A DNA stretch of 32,000 nucleotides from Corynebacterium glutamicum ATCC 13032 (GCF_000011325.1 NC_003450.3:1800001-1832000); one strand, 5' to 3'; positions 1 through 9,760 are shown, counted from the first letter of the stretch. Made by a program: numbers and translations. Notes: generated from the letters alone by a model not told the origin.

Positions 1-605
<605 letters not shown>

Positions 606-629
606 TCAATCCCTTAAAAGGAGATCATC

Positions 630-761
630 ATGAACTGCCCAAACTGCTCCGAAGACATGACTGTCGTTGATGTTGTTGGTCGTGGTGCCAGCCGAGGTCT
701 GTTGCTTATTGACCCCACCACTCACGTCTGCAGCGACTGCGGATATATCGAAGTACTGTAA
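630..761 (+). CDS. 43-aa zinc-ribbon-like micro-protein (CPNC...CSDC)
   Basis: AAAGGAG Shine-Dalgarno sequence lies 7 nt upstream of the ATG. Two CxxC pairs. Stop TAA 759-761, followed by terminator 807-851. Below the ORF-track size cutoff. Confidence 0.6.
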   Translation: MNCPNCSEDMTVVDVVGRGASRGLLLIDPTTHVCSDCGYIEVL

Positions 762-806
762 ATCAGCACACTCTCACATACCTTTACACCACCCCATACC
801 CTTTAA

Positions 807-851
807 CCCCTGCACTGCTCATCCACAAGCACTGTGCAGGGGTTGTGTTTT
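807..851 (+). terminator. intrinsic terminator
   Basis: CCCCTGCAC (807-815) pairs with GTGCAGGGG (834-842), followed by TTGTGTTTT. Confidence 0.8.
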
Positions 852-872
852 CTAACAAGAAAAGAGACCACC

Positions 873-1310
873 ATGTTCACAGCTTTTAAAAGCAATCCTA
901 CGACCATTAAAAAGCTGGTTTCTGAGCTCATTAATGGCGACGATGCAGCGCTCAACGAACTAGAGCGACACGTCACTAATGAATCAGTCCGTGCTCGCGA
1001 ACTCCCTAATGTCCAGTACAAAGCCACTGCGGGGCGCAACTTCGCCATATCCAAGCTGGTCCAAAATTTGCGTCGCATCAACAAGGCACAAAACAATCCA
1101 CGTGGTGTGCCCACTCATGCCACCGTGATTCTGCTTAAGGAAGACGGCAGCTACGACGGTGAAGAACAGTGGCGCATTCCAGAAAAGGCGATCACTCCGT
1201 TCGACATGCTACGTTCGCCTGACTTCAACCACAACAGGCTGAAGAACCGGCCGCTCATGGTCGAGTCCCAATACCCCTGGGGCGTCCCCGGACTCATTAA
1301 AATGAACTGA
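873..1310 (+). CDS. hypothetical protein, EEQWRIPE/QYPWG family, paralog 1
   Basis: Internal ATG chosen because of the upstream CAAGAAAAGAG RBS context, which is shared with the next gene. Clear homology to 1494..2099. Confidence 0.75.
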   Translation: MFTAFKSNPTTIKKLVSELINGDDAALNELERHVTNESVRARELPNVQYKATAGRNFAISKLVQNLRRINKAQNNPRGVPTHATVILLKEDGSYDGEEQWRIPEKAITPFDMLRSPDFNHNRLKNRPLMVESQYPWGVPGLIKMN

Positions 1311-1493
1311 TCAATCCCTGACACAGCCATTGATTCCGAGGATATGAAAGACCCCCGGACTACCGCGAAATTAACACCGGTGTCGGTACCGGCAACTGCA
1401 TCATTGTCGTTCCTGAACAAGCGCCGTGGTTTAAGCCAGCCATCATCAAACAGGCTTAAAAATACTCAATCGTCCCATTCAAGAAAAGAGCAC

Positions 1494-2099
1494 ATGACCA
1501 TGTACAACGCCGCAAAGACCCTTGTTCCCCAGATTGTTGCTTTCGATGACACAGCAATCATCGCACTCGACCAAGCCGCGGAAGATGAATTCCGCAAGGC
1601 TAACTACCCCGAGGTTAAAGCCAACCAAGAAGCTGCCTATATCCTGGCGGAAGCTGCCCAAAACATTCAACGCATTGCAACAGCTCGTGCCACAGGCGAT
1701 GTCCCAGCGACTGCTCGCGTGGTGCGCATTAAGGGCTCTGAGAAATACTACACCGAGGAGCAGTGGCGCATTCCAGAGAACGCCTACTACCCTCGCAGTA
1801 TGGCTGAATCTCCTGATGCTCACCTTGATGACCGTGGCATCTATATCATCCCAGCTCAATATCCTTGGGGATACGAGGAAATCATTAACCTACCGGCACG
1901 CGCTACCTCTACACCTGCTGTTGCTCCTCGCACTGAGGCTGCTCCAGCTACAGTATCTGATGCTGAGGTCCAGAGCCTGCTTGAGTACTTGCGTACTAAT
2001 GCTTTCGTAAGTCGTCACGACGGCGACACCACGAAGGCCGACATCTTCAACAAGCACGCGGATACTGTCAACAAGCTTGCAGCACTACGTGCACCCTAA
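1494..2099 (+). CDS. hypothetical protein, EEQWRIPE/QYPWG family, paralog 2
   Basis: Same CAAGAAAAGAG RBS context. Shares the EEQWRIPE(K/N)A and QYPWG blocks with 873..1310. Terminator follows. Confidence 0.75.
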   Translation: MTMYNAAKTLVPQIVAFDDTAIIALDQAAEDEFRKANYPEVKANQEAAYILAEAAQNIQRIATARATGDVPATARVVRIKGSEKYYTEEQWRIPENAYYPRSMAESPDAHLDDRGIYIIPAQYPWGYEEIINLPARATSTPAVAPRTEAAPATVSDAEVQSLLEYLRTNAFVSRHDGDTTKADIFNKHADTVNKLAALRAP

Positions 2100-2116
2100 A
2101 CCCACACCGCATAACC

Positions 2117-2160
2117 CCCCTGCATAGGCTGATGTCCAGCCTGTGCGGGGGTTATTTTTT
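2117..2160 (+). terminator. intrinsic terminator
   Basis: 15-bp stem, 2117-2131 paired with 2137-2151 (includes two G:U pairs), followed by TTATTTTTT. Confidence 0.8.
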
Positions 2161-2577
2161 CAACTGAATCATCGGTATCTTGCCATTGTTAGCAATGGCT
2201 GCCACTACACCTAAGGTTGCAACCGCAACAGTCCCGATGAGCTCTGCTTTGTTTTTCGCTAACTTCTGCAACAAACCCTTGTTGTCTTTATCGTGCTCAC
2301 GAGCGTACTCATCTATCCGCGCCATATTCTCCCGAGCTTCTTTCCTAGTTTCTTCAGATTGATTCGGATCGAGCGCAATTTTTGCCCACATCTCTCGACT
2401 GGCTTTAATATCCGCCAAATAAGCATCAGAGCCATGCTCGTTACTTTTAATGACTTGCTCATTAGTTTCGTCCATGGACCCTGTAGCCTGCGACGTTAAA
2501 TTAGCCAGATTTGCTGCCACCTGCGCTGCTGCGGCGTTCTCGTTTGGTGTACCGGAATTCTTCGGCGAAATGCTCAT
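2152..2577 (-). CDS. hypothetical tail-anchored membrane protein
   Basis: AAGGAG lies 7 nt upstream of the ATG on the minus strand. Charged helical N-terminal part and a C-terminal hydrophobic segment (LIGTVAVATLGVVAAIA). Confidence 0.75.
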   Translation of the reverse strand: MSISPKNSGTPNENAAAAQVAANLANLTSQATGSMDETNEQVIKSNEHGSDAYLADIKASREMWAKIALDPNQSEETRKEARENMARIDEYAREHDKDNKGLLQKLAKNKAELIGTVAVATLGVVAAIANNGKIPMIQLKK

Positions 2578-2888
2578 TACATACTCCTTAGCCTCGTAAC
2601 TGTATTACCTCAAGTGTATCCGGTGGACACGACGCAGTAGTAAAAAATTTAGACCACCCTTGCGAATAAAAACTAATAAATACTGTTCACTATATTTTCG
2701 ATAATTTATTAAAACTATTCACCCAAAAGTTTTTGTATCAAAATACACATATTTTAATGACTTTAGCTATACTTCTATCTTGTGACTTAAATGAAAGTCA
2801 CAAACTTTGTTGGGGTTTCTTTAAAGTAAAATACAGAAGTTTCTCTGGCAAAAAACCTCACTACTTTCTACAGAAAGGCGTCTTCCTC

Positions 2889-3422
2889 ATGAAGGCTTCT
2901 CAGACCCTCACCCGCAACACTCGTGCACGCAAGCTCGGCATGGGTATTCTCGCAGCAACTATTATGGCTACCGGTGCACTTGCTGGCACTGCTCCACAGG
3001 CGACAGCAGCAGTAGATACCACTGCGCCATACGTGTCCTATGTCGTTGACATTCCTGGCAAGGTTGGTGAACCAATCAAGCCTCAGTACCTCACCATCTC
3101 CGATCAGTCCGCCTACACCGTGACCTTCAAGTACATGCCATCCTGGTTGAAGTACGACGCAAACAAGAAGATGCTGTACGGTACCCCAACCGAGGTTGAT
3201 GTCTGGACTCCTGAGGTACATGTTGTTGATGCTCATGGCAACAAGACTGTCCGTTACTTCACCGTTGTAGCAGTCCCAGCAAACACTGCACCAACCACCA
3301 CCACGCCATCTACTCCAAAGCCATCTACCCCGCAGGTGACCACCCCAACTACTCCGAAGGCGCCTACCTTGCCAAAGTCCACCTTCGACTGGACCTTGTG
3401 GGGCTCCATCTTTGGTTTCTAG
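2889..3422 (+). CDS. secreted protein with putative Ig-like (He_PIG/cadherin-like) domain and Pro/Thr-rich tail
   Basis: Signal peptide MKASQTLTRNTRARKLGMGILAATIMATGALAGTAPQATA. The MPSWLKYDANKKMLYGTPT...FTVVAV pattern is typical of the putative Ig domain. AT-rich promoter region upstream. Confidence 0.8.
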   Translation: MKASQTLTRNTRARKLGMGILAATIMATGALAGTAPQATAAVDTTAPYVSYVVDIPGKVGEPIKPQYLTISDQSAYTVTFKYMPSWLKYDANKKMLYGTPTEVDVWTPEVHVVDAHGNKTVRYFTVVAVPANTAPTTTTPSTPKPSTPQVTTPTTPKAPTLPKSTFDWTLWGSIFGF

Positions 3423-3455
3423 TTCTCACTAGCACCTCAAAAAGCACCACCTTTT

Positions 3456-3502
3456 AAACAACCCTTGTACTGCACCTTGGTGCACTGCAGGGGTTGTTTT
3501 CT
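3456..3502 (+). terminator. intrinsic terminator
   Basis: Long stem, 3456-3475 paired with 3480-3499, with one mismatch and two G:U pairs and T-rich 3' side. Confidence 0.8.
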
Positions 3503-3527
3503 ATGTGCCAACGAGTTCTTAAGAAAC

Positions 3528-3552
3528 ACAACGACAGCAAAGCTGCGTTCGG
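3528..3552 (+). repeat. conserved 25-nt hairpin element, copy 2
   Basis: Identical to copy 1. Lies 77 nt upstream of ATG 3630. Confidence 0.9.
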
Positions 3553-3629
3553 GAGCATGTGTGAACCCTCGCTGTGCCCGCACTTGCCTGCATACAGCTC
3601 ACTCAACAACACAGAAAGAACCTTTTACC

Positions 3630-3896
3630 ATGCTCAATGCACTCAACGCTGTCCTTGATGTTGTCGAATCTGCTCAAGGGCTGGTCTTTGTCGTCATCAC
3701 TGCTAGCCTGCTCACTCTTGCTGTCATCTACATCAAGAACTATCCCCACGCGCCACAGCCTGCTACCCAACACACCACTGACCAACCAACTGTGCCAGAG
3801 CCGCTGCAGATTCTTGACAACCCTGCTCAGACAACTGCTGCTGGTCTACGCCATGACCTTCATAGCGATCTCTACGCCGAAGAAAAGAGCGCATAA
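3630..3896 (+). CDS. small membrane protein (88 aa)
   Basis: Internal ATG after AGAAAGAA. One hydrophobic helix (GLVFVVITASLLTLAVIYI). Confidence 0.6.
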   Translation: MLNALNAVLDVVESAQGLVFVVITASLLTLAVIYIKNYPHAPQPATQHTTDQPTVPEPLQILDNPAQTTAAGLRHDLHSDLYAEEKSA

Positions 3897-4017
3897 TCTG
3901 TGTCTCGATGTTGCCTGGGATGCTGATGAAAACCTCCCTGTTGTCGTTGAAGTCAATCCTGTAGCGATGCCTGGGTGTTGCGCCTCGGGCGCAGCTGGGT
4001 GCTAACTTAGCACCGCA

Positions 4018-4041
4018 TCAACGCAGCGAAGCCGCGTTCGG
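4018..4041 (+). repeat. conserved hairpin element, copy 3 (degenerate: TCAACGCAGCGAAGCCGCGTTCGG)
   Basis: Alignable to the consensus and still foldable. Lies 92 nt upstream of ATG 4134. Confidence 0.7.
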
Positions 4042-4133
4042 GTAAACCCGTGACAATCGCACGGGGCTTGTTTACCTGACACTCAAGCCCCGTGCACCAC
4101 AACAACCCACCTTAAAGAAAGGTTTTTCCACCC

Positions 4134-4601
4134 ATGTCCGAATTCCCTACACCTACGACTTTTCACGTCGAACCAGAAACGCTTAGCTCCGCCACCGATC
4201 TCACTGTTGATGCACATAAAATCGCAGAACTGCTGCTCAGCACCACTGATTACCGTGTGTTCTACATGCCGCGTCTCGCCGGTGTGACTCCTATCGTGTC
4301 CTACCTCTATGTCTACGATGGTGAAAACTTCCTCATTGTTGGTCGCTCCACTCATGTGCCGTGGGAGTACTACGTTCACTACCCCATCAAGCCATCACGT
4401 GAATTTGGCTCTGCTATTGCTGTGCCTCTCGATGATTCTGATGACCCTTATGATGCAGCAGAAGTTGTTGCTCTAGTAAAGCAGTACATGACGCCCACGC
4501 TCACTCCTGGTGAGGGTTATATGCAGGGCTTTTACAAGGGTCTCACCTTCACCAACCACCTCGATATACATCGACCACTGACCCAGATTATCTCAGACTA
4601 A
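4134..4601 (+). CDS. hypothetical protein (155 aa)
   Basis: AAAGAAAGG RBS. Coding-like composition. No family recognised. Confidence 0.7.
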   Translation: MSEFPTPTTFHVEPETLSSATDLTVDAHKIAELLLSTTDYRVFYMPRLAGVTPIVSYLYVYDGENFLIVGRSTHVPWEYYVHYPIKPSREFGSAIAVPLDDSDDPYDAAEVVALVKQYMTPTLTPGEGYMQGFYKGLTFTNHLDIHRPLTQIISD

Positions 4602-4628
4602 CAGCTATATTCACCCACCTACTTCATC

Positions 4629-4868
4629 TTGTGCCTGAGCAACAACCCTGCTTATGCACTCGCTGTCCCTGCTGACACACTCGCTGTTAATCCCAACAGC
4701 ACACTGCCAGCACAACTTGCCATCGTTGAACACACCACCTTAGGTGCTGTTGTTGCAGTACACACACCAGACGCCCGTACCGGACATCACCTCTATATCC
4801 GATCCAGCGTCACTGCTGAATCAGAGGTCCACACCGGCACGGCAACACCTGTTGAACTGGTCTTTTAA
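4629..4868 (+). CDS. hypothetical protein (79 aa), weak call
   Basis: TTG start with no clear RBS. Retained only because it fills the gap before terminator 4906-4951. Confidence 0.3.
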   Translation: MCLSNNPAYALAVPADTLAVNPNSTLPAQLAIVEHTTLGAVVAVHTPDARTGHHLYIRSSVTAESEVHTGTATPVELVF

Positions 4869-4905
4869 AACTACTTCACTTTTTCGCTTCGTTTTACCCA
4901 CACCA

Positions 4906-4951
4906 GCACGTCACCCTCTTGCATCACGCCGAGAGGGTGACGTGCTTTTTT
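4906..4951 (+). terminator. intrinsic terminator
   Basis: Perfect 14-bp stem, GCACGTCACCCTCT paired with AGAGGGTGACGTGC, followed by T6. Confidence 0.9.
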
Positions 4952-4987
4952 CCTACTTTTCCTCATAACTACAGAAGGGACGCCCTC

Positions 4988-5602
4988 ATGTCTGCTTTTG
5001 ATGAACTCCGCAAGAACTACCGCTACAAGTTCACTGACACCTGGCCGGCCAACGCTGTTACCGGCACCGGCTACTACGCCAACCCAGCTTTTATCATCAT
5101 CTCCGCTGATGCCATGACGCAGAACACCCATGCCGATTCCAATCTCATCACGGTTAAAGAGCACCTTAACACCCTGTTTCCGTACAGCGTACAACGCAAG
5201 GATCGTGCCTTTGTCTCTGAGATCTACACCCCTATTAACCTGCTCGAAGATAATCCAGAACTAGCTCAAGAAATACTCGATGTGCTCGACACCCTGAGCA
5301 ACAACGCTGTTTTTAACGATGCGCACTACAGCGAGCTTGAACTAGAGCGCCTCAATGAATATGTCATCGACACCTTGGCCTATGACATGAAGTCCGACAT
5401 GATGCGCGCCCTCGTTAAGGCCCGACCAGAGGCCGATCTTGAGGCGATGGAAGAACTCGACATTGCCAATATCCAGAGCTGGATTAATCTCCACTCCTCC
5501 ACTGTGAGCGAACACAACGATGGCAGCGTTGATGATGCACCGTTTAATTCTCTCGCATTAGCTGAGATTTATTTGCAACAGCTTGCAGACCACACTGTCT
5601 AA
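4988..5602 (+). CDS. hypothetical acidic protein (204 aa)
   Basis: Internal ATG after AGAAGGGA. No family recognised. Confidence 0.75.
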   Translation: MSAFDELRKNYRYKFTDTWPANAVTGTGYYANPAFIIISADAMTQNTHADSNLITVKEHLNTLFPYSVQRKDRAFVSEIYTPINLLEDNPELAQEILDVLDTLSNNAVFNDAHYSELELERLNEYVIDTLAYDMKSDMMRALVKARPEADLEAMEELDIANIQSWINLHSSTVSEHNDGSVDDAPFNSLALAEIYLQQLADHTV

Positions 5603-5774
5603 GCACGCTGTGTAACTACCACTGATTTTCATCCTCCGCTAGAGGACACCTCTGAGCACGACCGCCATATCGCGTTCATTGTTGATGGTATTTATGACTC
5701 AACCAGGCGCCCCTACGTCATGACGTTTGCGCCCGATCAACTCCACGACATCTGACACAGAAAGAAGATTCACC

Positions 5775-6689
5775 ATGTCTAAGAACAACGCAGCTCACCC
5801 GCAGTCTGTCTTCCATATTCATATCCCAGCACATACCACTATGCACTCTGACCGCTTTGAGCACCCAGACAACGGCTATGGCTACACCATTCGTCAGGAC
5901 ACTGATGCAGAGAACCCGATGACCCATCACGATACGAAAGATGCAGCTCTCTGGGTTCACAACCGACCACGACGCGGAGATACCGTCGCCGATAAGCCAG
6001 AAGGCAATGAGATTCTCGACATCTTTGCCAAGTTCATCTGCGGCCAGCACGATAATGATGACAACCCGTTCGAAGTCTGGTCCGACGGTGACTCGGATGC
6101 ATCACTCATCCGCACCAAGGCGTATGTTGCCGAGCACCACCCCGAACTTATATTCGACATCTCTGCGAAAACCATCACGGGTTATTCCCAAGGCGATTGG
6201 CTCGATGTGGTCTGTGTTACTACTGCCGCCACTTGCGACGAACTTATCCCTGCTGACAGTCTTATTGACATCTACCGCCAGTGGGCTTTTGGTGATGTGT
6301 GGACAGTGATTCCTGATTCTCAGCCAGGTCTCGCAGGTATTTATGCTGACGATCCAGCTGACGCCCTTGCGTACTATCAAGAGAATTTCGAAGATGAACC
6401 CATCTGGGATCTCTTAAGCCGCCACGACGCTGACAAAGACGCCGCAGCACTGGCAGCTGCCTCTGCTGCAGAAAACCACGCACTAGCGCGAGGTACTACC
6501 CCAGTCGTTATCCGTACCCAAGACATCATCACTAACGCGCGATACCTCATGTCTGATAGTGCTGATGACAATCCAGAATACGATCGCGCCTTGGTCGAAC
6601 TTAGTGCTTATCTCTTAAGTATCGACCTCGATGATCGCGTTGCTGCAGAGATGACCATTTTAGGTCGCCCTGTGCCTAAAGAAGGATAA
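5775..6689 (+). CDS. hypothetical acidic protein (304 aa)
   Basis: Internal ATG after GAAAGAAG. Contains GYSQGDW...WAFGDVW blocks. No family I can name. Confidence 0.8.
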   Translation: MSKNNAAHPQSVFHIHIPAHTTMHSDRFEHPDNGYGYTIRQDTDAENPMTHHDTKDAALWVHNRPRRGDTVADKPEGNEILDIFAKFICGQHDNDDNPFEVWSDGDSDASLIRTKAYVAEHHPELIFDISAKTITGYSQGDWLDVVCVTTAATCDELIPADSLIDIYRQWAFGDVWTVIPDSQPGLAGIYADDPADALAYYQENFEDEPIWDLLSRHDADKDAAALAAASAAENHALARGTTPVVIRTQDIITNARYLMSDSADDNPEYDRALVELSAYLLSIDLDDRVAAEMTILGRPVPKEG

Positions 6690-6916
6690 CCACCACACCA
6701 GAAAAGAAGTACCTCATTATGGCTCGAACCACACCTCCACCAGCTGATGTACTCGACATCATCATTTACCACCGTGAAGCAGACCATCGGCATTGATCTT
6801 GCTGAACTGATTCAGGGCCGTGCACTCGGCCAGGCTCAAGGTGAGGCACAAGGCAAAGCTAGTGCAGCAGCCCTTGAGCAGGCACCTCATAATGAGCAGT
6901 AAATAACACACACCAC

Positions 6917-7399
6917 ATGTGCACAGATACAGTTAGTCGCATGTACGCATTCTATATTCTCGACACCATGCTTAATCGTTCGATCAAACAGATTGAGCAA
7001 TGCCTGGATCGACAAGACACCACCATCAGCCACATCATCGCCGATAGCGTGCACGACAAGCTACATGAATATGCAACAACTAATCCACCCTGTGACAGCG
7101 ACAAACAAGCACTTCTCGGTCATGTCGAGCTTGAGATAGCTAGTTTACAGATCATCATCACGAGCATCCATCCTGCAGAGGGCACAGATATGGTGGTGTG
7201 CGGCACAGTCTCAGCATCCGCATCAACATGGTTTTATACCGTTGATGAGGTCTTTACCCAAGGCTGGCGCAGTCACTTTGGGTCAGTGCTTGTCGAAGGC
7301 AGCTTCGCACTGTTGATAGACCCTGACACCTTTGACGTGCACAATCTTGATCTTGTCGGTCAACAACACGTGCACTGGGTGCCAGCTCGACAGCCGTAA
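6917..7399 (+). CDS. hypothetical protein (up to 160 aa; start uncertain)
   Basis: Long ORF with several candidate ATGs (6917, 6950, 6968), none with a good RBS. Confidence 0.5.
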   Translation: MCTDTVSRMYAFYILDTMLNRSIKQIEQCLDRQDTTISHIIADSVHDKLHEYATTNPPCDSDKQALLGHVELEIASLQIIITSIHPAEGTDMVVCGTVSASASTWFYTVDEVFTQGWRSHFGSVLVEGSFALLIDPDTFDVHNLDLVGQQHVHWVPARQP

Positions 7400-7546
7400 A
7401 GAAGTTGTAGGTCTTTTTCGCTTGGGATACTGATGCTCTCCCAAGCGAACATGGGCGGGAGCCCATGTCGGGGTGTTGTGCGAATGGCTGTGTGTCAACT
7501 ACCTCAGCCTGAGAAAACAACACTTATAAAGAAAGACCTTTTACTC

Positions 7547-8116
7547 ATGACTTCTACAACTAACTCCACCGCCATGTTCAACGACCACCTTATCCCTATG
7601 GCAGAGCTTGATGAACAAGCTCTGCGCGACAGCGTTGGTTCTTGGGCACAGTACAAGCACCCGCTTGACCAGCGCAAAGAACCAGAGCTCGTCCTTATTC
7701 GTCGCGTCAACAGCTCAGAGCGTGTGTGGGTCTTAAGTTTCACTGACCTGCGTGCTGATGCAGGTCTTGTGCCTCGTAGCACACCGAATGCTGACCCCTC
7801 CAATATCCGCAATACCATTTTCTCTGTCGCTGTCCGCGATCTTGTCCTTGATCGCTCACTTCCCCGGCTGCTTAACCTCAACGGGCAACCACCAGCAGGT
7901 GAATGGGAAGAAGGCTTTGTCTACGTCGATTATGACCAGAGCGACACCGTAGATGGCTACCTCATTGAGCACAGCGAACCTGTCTCCATTGAAAGTCAAA
8001 CCACCGGTGAAATGCACTATTTCGATAAGGTGCCAGGCGGTGTGGCTGTTACCAACAATCCCGATGGCACTGAACAAGGTGATGCACGCCGCTGGGTAAG
8101 CCACTGGGAATCATAA
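7547..8116 (+). CDS. hypothetical protein (189 aa)
   Basis: Internal ATG after AAAGAAAGA. No family recognised. Confidence 0.7.
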   Translation: MTSTTNSTAMFNDHLIPMAELDEQALRDSVGSWAQYKHPLDQRKEPELVLIRRVNSSERVWVLSFTDLRADAGLVPRSTPNADPSNIRNTIFSVAVRDLVLDRSLPRLLNLNGQPPAGEWEEGFVYVDYDQSDTVDGYLIEHSEPVSIESQTTGEMHYFDKVPGGVAVTNNPDGTEQGDARRWVSHWES

Positions 8117-8136
8117 AAAAGAAAGTAGCACTAGCT

Positions 8137-8424
8137 ATGCCTAATCACCCACCTATTTCCACCTTCGATGACCGTCGCTCTGCTATGCGCGAAGGCATTA
8201 CTGATTACCTTGCCAATACAAATGCAAATGGGTTAGGCGGTTACAGCATCAGCGACACCCACCTCGACAATCTTGCTGAGAAATTCACCCGCACACATGG
8301 TGAAGCACAGTACGATGCCGGCTTTGATCCCAATGATCTTGAACCAGAGACTTTTGTTCGTGACATTGAGATGAGCTGGGATGAGCGTGCTATTGATCGT
8401 GCCCTGATCCACACACAACTGTGA
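8137..8424 (+). CDS. hypothetical protein (95 aa)
   Basis: AAAGAAAG RBS. Homologous to the frameshifted gene that follows. Confidence 0.7.
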   Translation: MPNHPPISTFDDRRSAMREGITDYLANTNANGLGGYSISDTHLDNLAEKFTRTHGEAQYDAGFDPNDLEPETFVRDIEMSWDERAIDRALIHTQL

Positions 8425-8438
8425 AGAAAGAAGCCGCA

Positions 8439-8835
8439 ATGTCCACCACATCCACCTATGAGAGCCGTAAGGCAGCTATTCGCGACGCTATTCTCGCCTA
8501 TGTCAACAACAATCAAGGCTGCTGCACCCTACAGCCTTCATGCCCATGATCTCGAACAGCTTGCTGTAGATCTCACTTTAGTTACCACCTTTGATAGCAA
8601 TGCTGCAGTTGATGTCACGCCAACACATACAGAAGCACCTGGTTTTACCCTGCATGAGGGCACCGATACTGCGCCTATGGCTCCAACCCTGGTCGTACCT
8701 ATTTCCAGCGACATCTCCACAGCCGTTTCGGAAATATCTACATTAGTGCAGCAGGCTCGCACCGACGCAGCAAGCGCCATTCATGAAGCAGAAGCTGAAT
8801 TTTACAACCAACTTGCTGCGGTCCTTGCTCAGTGA
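8439..8835 (+). pseudogene. frameshifted paralog of 8137..8424
   Basis: ATG 8439 follows GAAGAAAGAAG. This frame stops at 8547-8549. Similarity to the upstream paralog continues in the +1 frame (the 8458..8835 track ORF), so the shift lies near 8514-8526. Confidence 0.5.
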
Positions 8836-9232
8836 TTTAATGTGGCCGACACACCCGATCGCGTGCCAGCTAAAAACGCCCTGTTTCACGGGTATTCGCC
8901 TGACTTTGAGTCAGCAAAAAGCGTGCATTCTCACAATAGCAACATCTCAAAAACTAGCCCTGACCTGCACAGTCTAGACTCACTCGCACTTTAACTTAAG
9001 CCTCACATACTTTCGTCACAGTGATGTTACGTAACCACCTCATAGGTCGCTTAAAAATACAGACCCTTGAGGGAGTGCCCTCAATTCTGCCAAAAAAGCA
9101 CCACCGCTATCACCAGCCATCACCACTTCCTGTGCACGGGTTGAGGCGATCGTGTTCCTGTCTGGGCACTGGGCGGTTTATGCATGTTTGTTGCACGGTT
9201 ACTGTACGGGCTCATCCACCACACCTACCCTT

Positions 9233-9264
9233 GCAGCAGTACATTCGTACTGCTACATTTTTTT
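9233..9264 (+). terminator. intrinsic terminator with no convincing upstream CDS
   Basis: Perfect 8-bp stem AGCAGTAC/GTACTGCT with loop ATTC, followed after ACA by T7. Confidence 0.7.
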
Positions 9265-9338
9265 AACGTGCCAACAAGTGCTAACTCACCGCCGTCCAAC
9301 CACTACCCCACTGTCACCCGAGCGTCCAATACTCCAAG

Positions 9339-9457
9339 TGTCGGATTAGGGTAGACCCTGACACGACACTGCCCACAGCACTGTTTAGACTGTCGGACTA
9401 AGCGGTCCCCTGGCATTTCCCAACAGTGTCGGGTTAAGTCTAAGACTTATTCCGACA
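9339..9457. other. res-like recombination site with three subsites (9339-9368, 9391-9425, 9427-9457)
   Basis: Half-sites are TGTCGGATTAGGGT/TGTCGTGTCAGGGT, TGTCGGACTAAGCG/TGTTGGGAAATGCC and TGTCGGGTTAAGTCT/TGTCGGAATAAGTCT, arranged as inverted pairs of 30, 35 and 31 bp. They lie upstream of a serine resolvase. Confidence 0.6.
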
Positions 9458-9760
9458 GTTTATTCGATAATTATGCACCTACTCCGCAATAATACACTCG
9501 GTATACTTTTACACTCAGTGTATATTGTTAGGTCTTTGCTTAGAGTGGGAATTGGCACAACACGCCTTAACAATACGCCCGTATCGTTTCGCAAAAGAAC
9601 GTACTTTAGTTTTGTTAATAAAACCCGCGTATGCATATGTTGACATTGACAACTATTGTTTTAAACAAGTACATAGTTTTGTGTTTTCTACTTCCCTACT
9701 GCTGTAATAATGGAAAGTAGTTTTCATCACACAACACAAAACTATTAAAGGTAGTCTTAA

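Noticed and set aside
1479-1859. Antisense and alternative-frame ORFs inside supported genes (for example 1479..1859, 1522..2010, 2868..3236, 5718..6050, 7504..7881, 26024..26560)
   Set aside because: They overlap genes that have RBS, motif or paralog support on the other strand or frame. Their translations are Arg/Ser/Cys-rich or low in complexity.
6690-6916. Small ORFs between 5775..6689 and 6917..7399. One is an RBS-led 25-codon ORF from ATG 6719 (stop 6794-6796). The other is an out-of-frame 51-codon ORF from ATG 6747, or 42 codons from GTG 6774 (stop 6900-6902).
   Set aside because: The good RBS (GAAAAGAAG) serves the short frame, while the longer Ala/Gln/Gly-rich frame has none. This could be a frameshifted small gene, but I cannot decide between the frames, so no feature is reported.
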